From: a bacterium
GTDB lineage: Bacteria > DUMJ01
NCBI GenBank assembly: GCA_014360335.1
Contig: JACIXS010000010.1
Span: forward strand, 1 to 55,769
Length of the DNA stretch: 55,769 bases
Reading direction: 5' to 3'
Below the pieces are notes generated by a model. It ran no database searches and was not told the origin of the DNA. It saw only the letters and a list, made by a program, of their open reading frames with translations. Numbering within the stretch: the first letter of the stretch is position 1; the number at the start of each line of letters is the position of its first letter. This document shows, piece after piece, positions 10,374 through 17,095 of the stretch. The translations under genes and the position numbers were made by a program.

Positions 10374-11073
10374 TGTGGATATATGCTTGGAGAATGCTCA
10401 TAAAAGGAGTATCCCAATCTATGTTGTAGGTGGAACTCTTAGGGATATACTTCTTGGTTTTAGAGTAAAGGATGTGGACCTAGTAGTAGAGGCTTCTATA
10501 GATAAATTCTTAGAGTACATTGAAAGCCTTGACAAAAAAGGGAGATTACTTAAGAGATTCTATACGTTTAAGTTTACTGTAGACCATAATGACATAGAAC
10601 ATATTGATATAGCTATTGCAAGAAAAGAGGTTTATCCTAAGCCTGGGGCTTTACCATTAGTAGAACCAGGTACAATTAGAGAAGACCTCTATAGGAGAGA
10701 TTTTACTATAAATGCTTTAGCTATACCTATCTGTCCAGATGGAGAAATAGGAGAGATTCTAGACCCTTTGGGTGGGATAAAGGACCTAGAAGATAAGATC
10801 GTAAGGATTCTTCATGATAAAAGTTTTATAGATGACCCTACTCGTATCTTTAGAGCGGTAAGGTTTAGTGTAAGACTTGGCTTTACTATAGAACCCCATA
10901 CTTATAGTCTTATGGAATCAGCAATAAAGAATGGAACCTTAAGGACCGTCGGGATAGCTAGGATTAGAAAAGAGATTGATTTATGCAAGAAAGAAGAGAA
11001 ACGTGAAGAAATCTTTCAGGCCCTTAAGTCTCTTGGTATCCCGGTAGAGAATTTTATAGAACTTGGAAGTTGA
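10330..11073 (+). CDS. Short class II nucleotidyltransferase (CCA-adding / poly(A) polymerase head-neck domains only)
   Basis: 247 aa with VVGGTLRDILLG, DVDLVV, RRDFTINAL and FIDDPTRIFRAVRF motifs. No body or tail domains. Overlaps pdp by 44 nt and the convergent ORF by 20 nt. Confidence 0.75.
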   Translation: MKLKDVLSSILSIPDVDICLENAHKRSIPIYVVGGTLRDILLGFRVKDVDLVVEASIDKFLEYIESLDKKGRLLKRFYTFKFTVDHNDIEHIDIAIARKEVYPKPGALPLVEPGTIREDLYRRDFTINALAIPICPDGEIGEILDPLGGIKDLEDKIVRILHDKSFIDDPTRIFRAVRFSVRLGFTIEPHTYSLMESAIKNGTLRTVGIARIRKEIDLCKKEEKREEIFQALKSLGIPVENFIELGS

Positions 11074-11332
11074 ATCTCTTCTCTGTTCCTCTATTACCCT
11101 CATTATCTACTGGATATACTGAGACCATATAGACGCCCGGAGGTGCCCCATAAGGAACCTGCATAGAGAGTTTGAAAAGGTCTCCCTCTTTCTGGAACTG
11201 AATCATATAACCATACTCAGGGATTCTACCATAGACAGCTTTGGTATCTGGAGAAGCCTTGACAACAACCGTTACCATATCCCCCTGTCTTCCAGAGGTA
11301 GGATTTACATCTAAACTTAGTATCTCTGCCAT
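11054..11332 (-). CDS. Hypothetical small beta-rich (Ig-like?) protein, no signal peptide
   Basis: 92-aa ORF with SD GGGAGGAGG just upstream (reverse strand ...TTGGGAGGAGGTAATTATTATG). Last gene of the DegT operon. Confidence 0.55.
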   Translation of the reverse strand: MAEILSLDVNPTSGRQGDMVTVVVKASPDTKAVYGRIPEYGYMIQFQKEGDLFKLSMQVPYGAPPGVYMVSVYPVDNEGNRGTEKRFNFQVL

Positions 11333-11396
11333 AATAATTACCTCCTCCCAACTAGATATTTTCTAGGCTAGATGATACCATACCAAGTAAATTCTG

Positions 11397-11870
11397 TCAA
11401 CTAAATGACTGTTCAATCTGTATAGTAATGCTCTGGGAGATTATCTTTCCACTATGAAGGATAACTATAACTACATTATATATTCCGATACCTAAGGTTC
11501 CGGTGAGATTGTCGTAGTCTGCTACATATATATTATCTTCTCCCTCTAGAGGTTTCAAATAGATAGATATAGAAGAGGTAACATAAACTTTGCTTTCAGC
11601 TAACTCATTATCAGATAAAGGTTCCTGTGTTTTTATCTTTATTCTAAAGCTTGTATTTTTGGGAATTTTATAGGTTAAACCTACAGGAATAACCTGTTCC
11701 TCAAAAGACACATCATCCACATTATCTTCTGTATTTCTATCTATCCACACCTCGACCTTTTCTATAAACGGTTTACTACAGTTGCATCCGTCTGTACCTA
11801 TAATAGCAAACATAAAAAGAAATAAGAGTACAACTTTTACTACATTAAAAAATTTCCTACAATCCTTCAT
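11397..11870 (-). CDS. Hypothetical exported or lipoprotein-like protein
   Basis: 157 aa. N-terminal hydrophobic segment VVKVVLLFLFMFAIIGTDGC followed by a beta-rich domain. SD AAGGAGAGAA upstream. Confidence 0.55.
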   Translation of the reverse strand: MKDCRKFFNVVKVVLLFLFMFAIIGTDGCNCSKPFIEKVEVWIDRNTEDNVDDVSFEEQVIPVGLTYKIPKNTSFRIKIKTQEPLSDNELAESKVYVTSSISIYLKPLEGEDNIYVADYDNLTGTLGIGIYNVVIVILHSGKIISQSITIQIEQSFS

Positions 11871-11881
11871 TTTCTCTCCTT

Positions 11882-13063
11882 CTATCTAAGAGCTTCTTTG
11901 CATGCTCTTATTCTCTTTTCTATCTCTTCATCTGTCCAGTCAGGATTTATAGTTATAAAAACAGTTCTACTTAATATATCTAAAGTTCTAGGGCACATAT
12001 CTTTAGAATAATTTATTCTAAGACCCTTATTCTCAGGAAATTCAAACGGGTTCATTCTAGGATGATGCCCAACCCTATGTTCTAGGATAGGTTCCCAGTT
12101 AGAATACACGTGTTTTCCTGTATCTATTGGTAACCATCCTTTAACCCCTTCTCTTTGGGCAAATTCTCTAGCATCTTTTTCTGATTCGAATTGAAATCCT
12201 ACAACTACTCCACAATCACCTTCTGGGTCATTAACTGGGACGAACTTTACACCTGTAAGTTTTAGTTCTTCTATAAAGACCTTTTTTATACGTCTCAAGT
12301 CTGAAAGAATACTATCGAGTCTTCTAAGTTGTACTCTCAATATTGCTCCCATAATCTCATTAGCTCTTAGTTGTAGCCCTATAAATATCGGGATATTAAC
12401 CTCTTTAGGGGAAGGACTGAGAAAGACAAATCCACTATCGTGATAAACTAACACTCTTTCATAAACTAATCTGTCATTTGTAACTATACAGCCACCTTCG
12501 CCACAGCTTATTATCTTATAGTAGTTGAAACTGAATACTCCAACATCTCCTAAACTACCTAATCGATTTCCTTTATAGCTTCCACCAACAGCCTGACAGG
12601 CATCCTCAATAACTTTTATATTATATTTTTGAGCTATCTCAATGATTCTAGTCATATTGGCTGGTAGTCCTTGCATATGGACAGGTATAACCGCTTTGGT
12701 GTTTGGAGTAATCTTCCTCTCAAAGTCTACTGGATCTAGTGTTAGAGTCTCGTCAATCTCTGCTATAACAGGAATAGCCCCAGCATTTAAAACTGCAGAT
12801 GCTGTGGCGATAAATGTGTAGCCTGGAACAATGACCTCATCTCCTGGTCCTATACCAAGACCAATTAGACCGCTTGCTAAAGCAGAGGTTCCGCCACCAG
12901 CCATAAGTAAGGCATACTTTGTGCCTATCTTTTCTGCCCACTCCCTCTCAAATGTTACAACTTCTTGTAAATGCCCCTCTTTAGGGTCACCATATCTAGA
13001 TAACTGTTTACTTTCAAAAACCTTCCTTATCTCTTCTAACTCCTCTTTTCCTATCCTATACAA
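11882..13063 (-). CDS. DegT/DnrJ/EryC1/StrS-family PLP-dependent aminotransferase
   Basis: 393 aa. VIVPGYTFIATA, IEDACQAVG and FSFNYYKIIS (candidate PLP lysine). TTG start at 13063 with SD AGTGGAGGTG (13080-13071). Confidence 0.85.
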   Translation of the reverse strand: MYRIGKEELEEIRKVFESKQLSRYGDPKEGHLQEVVTFEREWAEKIGTKYALLMAGGGTSALASGLIGLGIGPGDEVIVPGYTFIATASAVLNAGAIPVIAEIDETLTLDPVDFERKITPNTKAVIPVHMQGLPANMTRIIEIAQKYNIKVIEDACQAVGGSYKGNRLGSLGDVGVFSFNYYKIISCGEGGCIVTNDRLVYERVLVYHDSGFVFLSPSPKEVNIPIFIGLQLRANEIMGAILRVQLRRLDSILSDLRRIKKVFIEELKLTGVKFVPVNDPEGDCGVVVGFQFESEKDAREFAQREGVKGWLPIDTGKHVYSNWEPILEHRVGHHPRMNPFEFPENKGLRINYSKDMCPRTLDILSRTVFITINPDWTDEEIEKRIRACKEALR

Positions 13064-13084
13064 AGGATATCACCTCCACTGAAT

Positions 13085-13114
13085 AGTATATCAGAAAGGT
13101 AAAGATAATGTTCA
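13085..13114 (-). promoter_or_regulatory. Candidate promoter for the DegT operon (TGAACA-N18-TGATATACT)
   Basis: Reverse strand: TGAACA (13114-13109), an 18-nt spacer ending in TGA, then TATACT (13090-13085). The predicted start site falls at the SD, giving a very short leader. Confidence 0.4.
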
Positions 13115-13124
13115 TTTTACGATC

Positions 13125-13298
13125 TCCCGTCGGGAAAGCCCACTCTTTCAAGGGTGGGATGAAAGGCGGTTCTATGGTATGATATTTTTGGCAATAAAGC
13201 CCTAGGGTTAGACCGGACCCGAGGTTAAGCCTCCGGAGGATGGAGCTACCCCTCAGTGAAGGAGAAAGCCCATCCTTTAAAAGGTGGGAGGAGGTTAC
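13125..13298. ncRNA. Unassigned GC-rich structured element with repeated AAAGCCC...GGG hairpin modules
   Basis: Hand count gives about 53-56% G+C (13121-13180 and 13201-13300) in an AT-rich genome. Two copies of about 34 nt: GGGAAAGCCCACTCTTTCAAGGGTGGGATGAAAGG (13132-13166) and GGAGAAAGCCCATCCTTTAAAAGGTGGGAGGAGG (13261-13294). A third AAAGCCCTAGGG lies at 13196-13207. No ORF on either strand. Confidence 0.35.
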
Positions 13299-13300
13299 TG

Positions 13301-13349
13301 AAAATAAAAACTCCCTCTTAAGAAGCTAAAATAATCTTAAGAGGGAGTT
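13301..13349 (-). terminator. Rho-independent terminator of the rubrerythrin operon
   Basis: Reverse strand: AACTCCCTCTTAAG-loop-CTTAAGAGGGAGTT followed by TTTTTATTTT. Confidence 0.85.
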
Positions 13350-13389
13350 AAGGAACTAACTGAGTAATAAGTTATAGCTATTTAATTGC

Positions 13390-13725
13390 TTAGCCCCACT
13401 TACCCTTGCTTATATGACCTTGAATCTCTGCCTTTATCTTTTGCTGGAATAAAAGAGCCTGTTCTTTTGCTTCGGTGAAGATCTTAACGCATGGTGGGTC
13501 TAGATTATCCTCTATACCTTTTTGAGCTAACTCGGCAATCTTTGTCATAAGGGTATACAGCTCTATATGAAGGCTGTTAGTAAATCTTGCCCTGTCTATA
13601 AGATTAGCTTGGTCTTCTGGTATCTGAGAGAATTTTTCTCTAGGCGCCCCACATTTTGGACATACTTCAGGTGGATTCTCTACATCCAAGACTATACCAC
13701 AAACTCCACATCTCCATTTACTCAT
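13390..13725 (-). CDS. Rubredoxin-like zinc-ribbon protein with helical C-terminal domain
   Basis: MSKWRCGVCG...CPKCGAP (CxxC...CxxC) followed by about 75 helical residues. ATG 13725 is preceded by SD GAGGTGA. The GTG 13734 of the ORF track lies within that SD. Confidence 0.7.
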   Translation of the reverse strand: MSKWRCGVCGIVLDVENPPEVCPKCGAPREKFSQIPEDQANLIDRARFTNSLHIELYTLMTKIAELAQKGIEDNLDPPCVKIFTEAKEQALLFQQKIKAEIQGHISKGKWG

Positions 13726-13739
13726 AAAGATCACCTCTT

Positions 13740-14246
13740 TTAGAATTTTTTAAACTTTTCCTTTGGTGCCCCACATATAGGACATCTGTCAGGAGCGTTT
13801 CCTTCTACCGTATGACCACATATCTGACATATAAATATGTCTCCTATCTCTATATCATCCTTACCACTATCCACAACCTGTTTAGCCTTCTGATACATAG
13901 CTGAATGTATCTTTTCAGCCTCAAGAGCAAATCTTATACTCCTTTTAGCCTCTGGTTCATTCTGTAATTCTGCTATGGCATTATATGCTGGGTACATCTC
14001 TTGGACCTCAAAGTTTTCTCCATCTATACAAACCTGTATATTACTAGAAGACTCTTTTACTCCAGATAGAGCCTTGAGATGATTTGTCGCATGAATTTTT
14101 TCTGCATCTGCTATAGCTCTAAATAGTCTTGCCAGATTAGGCCTACCTTCCTGTTCAGCGATTTCAGCAAAGATTATATACTTCATATGAGCTTGGCTCT
14201 CTCCTGCAAATGCAGACTTTAAGCTTTCTTCTGTCATCTTCCTCAT
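13740..14246 (-). CDS. rbr: Rubrerythrin
   Basis: 168 aa. Di-iron ExxH motifs (EKIHATNH, EAEKIHSAMY) and a C-terminal rubredoxin-like CQICGH...CPICGAP. Confidence 0.93.
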   Translation of the reverse strand: MRKMTEESLKSAFAGESQAHMKYIIFAEIAEQEGRPNLARLFRAIADAEKIHATNHLKALSGVKESSSNIQVCIDGENFEVQEMYPAYNAIAELQNEPEAKRSIRFALEAEKIHSAMYQKAKQVVDSGKDDIEIGDIFICQICGHTVEGNAPDRCPICGAPKEKFKKF

Positions 14247-14287
14247 AGTAATCAGCCTCCTCTTTTTGGAATTTTTATTATTTACTA

Positions 14288-14323
14288 CTTACTTAATATT
14301 ATCAAAGAATATTAGTAAGTCAA
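14288..14323 (-). promoter_or_regulatory. Rubrerythrin promoter (TTGACT-N16-TAATAT) overlapped by an imperfect inverted repeat
   Basis: -35 at 14323-14318 and -10 at 14301-14296 on the reverse strand. Inverted repeat CTTACTTAATATT / AATATTAGTAAG (14288-14300 and 14308-14319). Confidence 0.6.
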
Positions 14324-14368
14324 GTGAATTAAAAATCTTTAATTTTCTATAGTGTTAGTAGTATATTA

Positions 14369-15106
14369 TTATGGCAGTTTATTATATTCCTCATCTGATA
14401 CTGGCTCAAACCATTCAACTCCACCTGACTCTACTGTGATTGATACATGTGCAAACCAGCTGTCTTTTCCTGCACCATGCCAATGCTTTACATCACTAGG
14501 GATGTTAACTACATCTCCCGGATGTAACTCTTGTGCTGGTTTCCTCCACTCCTGATACCATCCACGTCCGTCTGTAACCAATAAGACCTGACCTTTTGGA
14601 TGAGAATGCCAATTATTACGACATCCAGGTTCGAAGGTTACGTTTGCTATCTGAAGGTTATGTTTTTTATCTGGTGGAGTCAACGTTCTTATATAGACTC
14701 TTCCAGAAAAATACTGACTTAATTCGGGTGAAATAGGTTCACCCTTTCCAAATAGGCTCTTTACTGGATTGGGAGAGTCTTCCTCAGCGAATACTTCTTT
14801 TAACAGAGAGAATGTGGCCCAAGCCTTAGGCCATCCAGCATAGAAAGCTAAATGGGTGACTACTTCAACCAGCTCCTCTCTTGTTACACCATTCTGTAAA
14901 GCCCTCTTCAGATGAGATTTTAGCGAGTTGTTAAAAATACCGCTTGAAATTAAGGCAGAAACTGTAATTAGGCTTCTATCCCTAGGAGAGAGTTGTGCTT
15001 CTCTAGCCCAGATTTGCCCGAATAATACATCGTCATTGAGCTCAGCAAATTTGGGTGCTATATCACCTAATAAATCTCTGCCAGTTGTCACTTTTTTCTT
15101 TTCCAT
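14369..15106 (-). CDS. Carboxymuconolactone decarboxylase (AhpD-like) - cupin fusion protein
   Basis: N-terminal half has LSPRDRSLITVSAL...THLAFYAGWP (CMD fold). C-terminal half has NWHSHPKGQVLLV...VKHWHGA (cupin). Start at ATG 15106 with SD GGGAGGGA. The ORF-track extension to 15181 overlaps the predicted promoter. Confidence 0.75.
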   Translation of the reverse strand: MEKKKVTTGRDLLGDIAPKFAELNDDVLFGQIWAREAQLSPRDRSLITVSALISSGIFNNSLKSHLKRALQNGVTREELVEVVTHLAFYAGWPKAWATFSLLKEVFAEEDSPNPVKSLFGKGEPISPELSQYFSGRVYIRTLTPPDKKHNLQIANVTFEPGCRNNWHSHPKGQVLLVTDGRGWYQEWRKPAQELHPGDVVNIPSDVKHWHGAGKDSWFAHVSITVESGGVEWFEPVSDEEYNKLP

Positions 15107-15157
15107 AATCAATCCCTCCCTGATTTTATCTAGAAATTTAAAGAATATGTTATAAAG

Positions 15158-15186
15158 TATATATACTGGAGTTAACTCCAAGTCAA
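15158..15186 (-). promoter_or_regulatory. Promoter TTGACT-N17-TATATA with a perfect 14-bp palindrome TGGAGTTAACTCCA in the spacer
   Basis: -35 at 15186-15181, palindrome at 15180-15167, -10 at 15163-15158 (reverse strand). Confidence 0.6.
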
Positions 15187-15188
15187 TC

Positions 15189-15824
15189 TCATTTCTCTAC
15201 CTTACCTTTTATAAGATACCAGACATATAGGTCTGTTTCACCAGGTAACTTGTTGAAGGCAAGAGAAAGTTCTTTAAATCTTTCTTCTATAGTTAGATAT
15301 CTTTTTTCTGACCAGCCTTTTGGTATTTTATCTATTAACTCTACATCTTTGAGCACTCTAAGGATATGTCTATCTAGAATAGCCAACTCTAATCTGCCGA
15401 CATTCCTTAAGAAATGGCTTGCCTCTTTCCATCCAATCCCTTTCGCTAACCTTATTAGCTCTCTTCTTGCCTCTCCTAGAGGTAAAGAAATGAGTTTTCT
15501 GAGACTTCCTATGAGATGTCTATTCTCTACTATAAATTCTGCCCTTTTATAAGGGAAACGATGTCCTAGACTAGAAAGAATCTTTGATAGTTCTTCCTGG
15601 GAATACGTAGTGAAACCTAATGCCCCTATTTTATCCTGCGCCCTTATCCCACCATTAGCGCTCCAATTGGCAGTAAGCACACAAAAACTTAGTTCAGAGA
15701 ATAATTCCTCTTCGGAGCCATACAAACCTAAAGCTTTGAATTGAGATATTCTTTCTTCTACAAGGGGCTTTGCCTTGTCTTCTATAGCTTTTAATTTTGA
15801 GATAAATTCATCTAATCTTCCCAT
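15189..15824 (-). CDS. 8-oxoguanine DNA glycosylase/AP lyase, Ogg2 (archaeal/Thermotoga/Clostridium) type
   Basis: 211 aa. HhH segment GIGWKEASHFLRNVG followed by ILDRH. Confidence 0.8.
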   Translation of the reverse strand: MGRLDEFISKLKAIEDKAKPLVEERISQFKALGLYGSEEELFSELSFCVLTANWSANGGIRAQDKIGALGFTTYSQEELSKILSSLGHRFPYKRAEFIVENRHLIGSLRKLISLPLGEARRELIRLAKGIGWKEASHFLRNVGRLELAILDRHILRVLKDVELIDKIPKGWSEKRYLTIEERFKELSLAFNKLPGETDLYVWYLIKGKVEK

Positions 15825-15913
15825 AGAAAGATTTTATCATACAGAGACATTATTTTGCAGAGGATGTGTTAAAATCTTACTAAAAAGTTTGAATCTAGAA
15901 AGGAGATTTAATT

Positions 15914-16855
15914 ATGGGAGCTAAAAATCCTATCATAAGTATAGGGATAAATGGGCACCCTTCTATGTGGGAAGGAGATTTAAATCGGCTAGAAGATTCA
16001 TTGAAATTTTTTGAATCTATTGGATTTGATCATGTAGAGATTCCTCCTCATGGTTTAGATGTTATCGCTGGGGGAAGGCTTATAGAAAAAAGATTAGAAG
16101 AGATAAAAAGAATTCTAGGGCAGTTTAGACTGAATTATACTGTTCATGCCCCAGATTTTCTTAACCTAATGGATGTCGAGAATGCTGATTTACATAAGTC
16201 AGTCTTTATCGCATCTTTAGAGTTTACTAGTAGTATCGGAGGAAGACTTTTAGTCTATCATGGGGGAAGGGTTCCTGTAGAGTATGCTAAAGATAAAAAT
16301 CGTATGGAAGAACTAAAAAGTGTAGAAAGGATGTTATTAAGAGAGTTTTCTGAATTAGCCTCCAAATCTAACATCCTTATAGGGGTTGAAAATTCAAATG
16401 TAGACCCTGCTGTTGCTTCTGGAAAAGTATACACCTATAGTGCTTTTATAGACCAATTAGTAGAGCAAATTATCAAGATAGAGAGACCTAACATCGGTAT
16501 TACCTTTGATTTTGGGCATGCTAGTGTAGCTTCTATTCATTTTGGATTTGACTACCTTTCATCTATAAAACAAGCGTCTCCCTATGTAAATAGTCTACAT
16601 GTTTATGATTCTTTTGGAAGACCAAATAATGTAGATAAAAATTTGCCTTATATGTTTCAGCTTATCTATGGGCTAAATGACCTTCACCTTCCTCTAGGAT
16701 GGGGGAATCTTCCTCTAGAAGAGGTATTTACAAATCTTGAGATACCTCAAGTCTTTATGACACTTGAGATTCATCCAAGGTTCAAGAGTGAATATGTAGA
16801 AAGCCTTAAGATAGCTAGGTACTTAGCTTCACTAGCAAGAGAAAGATGTATTTAG
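15914..16855 (+). CDS. Sugar phosphate isomerase/epimerase (xylose isomerase-like TIM barrel)
   Basis: 313 aa. FDHVEI, VYHGG, IGVEN and FDFGHA pattern typical of the AP-endonuclease-2/XI-like TIM barrel family. Confidence 0.7.
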   Translation: MGAKNPIISIGINGHPSMWEGDLNRLEDSLKFFESIGFDHVEIPPHGLDVIAGGRLIEKRLEEIKRILGQFRLNYTVHAPDFLNLMDVENADLHKSVFIASLEFTSSIGGRLLVYHGGRVPVEYAKDKNRMEELKSVERMLLREFSELASKSNILIGVENSNVDPAVASGKVYTYSAFIDQLVEQIIKIERPNIGITFDFGHASVASIHFGFDYLSSIKQASPYVNSLHVYDSFGRPNNVDKNLPYMFQLIYGLNDLHLPLGWGNLPLEEVFTNLEIPQVFMTLEIHPRFKSEYVESLKIARYLASLARERCI

Positions 16856-16865
16856 CAAAAACCCC

Positions 16866-16894
16866 TTGAAATTCTCTATCCTTTATGGTATAGT
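16866..16894 (+). promoter_or_regulatory. Promoter TTGAAA-N17-TATAGT for the tRNA-Met/tRNA-Val pair
   Basis: Near-consensus hexamers with a 17-nt spacer, about 22 nt upstream of the tRNA 5' end. Confidence 0.65.
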
Positions 16895-16915
16895 ATTTCT
16901 GTCACTGATGAACGA

Positions 16916-16990
16916 GGGCCCATAGCTCAACGGTAGAGCTGCCGGCTCATAACCGGTCGGTTCCTGGTTCGAATCCGGGTGGGCCCACCA
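16916..16990 (+). tRNA. tRNA with CAU anticodon (elongator Met, or Ile2 if lysidine-modified); CCA encoded
   Basis: Cloverleaf by hand: acceptor GGGCCCA/TGGGCCC, D arm GCTC-AACGGTA-GAGC, anticodon loop CTCATAA, T arm CCTGG-TTCGAAT-CCGGG. G1:C72 and no GGG/CCC anticodon stem, so not an initiator. Confidence 0.9.
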
Positions 16991-16991
16991 T

Positions 16992-17067
16992 GGGCGAATA
17001 GCTCAGTGGTTAGAGCGCCTGCCTTACAAGCAGGAGGCCACAGGTTCAAGTCCTGTTTCGCCCACCA
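16992..17067 (+). tRNA. tRNA-Val (UAC); CCA encoded
   Basis: Acceptor GGGCGAA/TTCGCCC, anticodon arm CCTGC-CTTACAA-GCAGG, T arm ACAGG-TTCAAGT-CCTGT. Confidence 0.93.
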
Positions 17068-17095
17068 TTTTTTATTCCTTTCAGGGGGATTATAG

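Noticed and set aside
13196-13275. Partial resemblance to ykkC-family (guanidine-I/PRPP/ppGpp) riboswitch signatures on the plus strand: CTAGGGTT, CCGGACCCGAGG, GGAGAAAGCCC.
   Set aside because: The matches are fragmentary and the spacing differs from the consensus I remember. There is also no plus-strand gene downstream for it to control, since the next plus-strand CDS is at 15914. It is kept only as an unassigned structured element. An Infernal scan would settle it.
15107-15181. N-terminal extension of the CMD-cupin ORF (MELTPVYILYNIFFKFLDKIREGLI...).
   Set aside because: The extension overlaps the near-consensus promoter and palindrome and has no SD, whereas ATG 15106 has GGGAGGGA upstream. 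The same logic applies to the ORF-track starts at 6649, 13734, 45509 and 53931, where the alternative start codon lies inside the SD of the better start.
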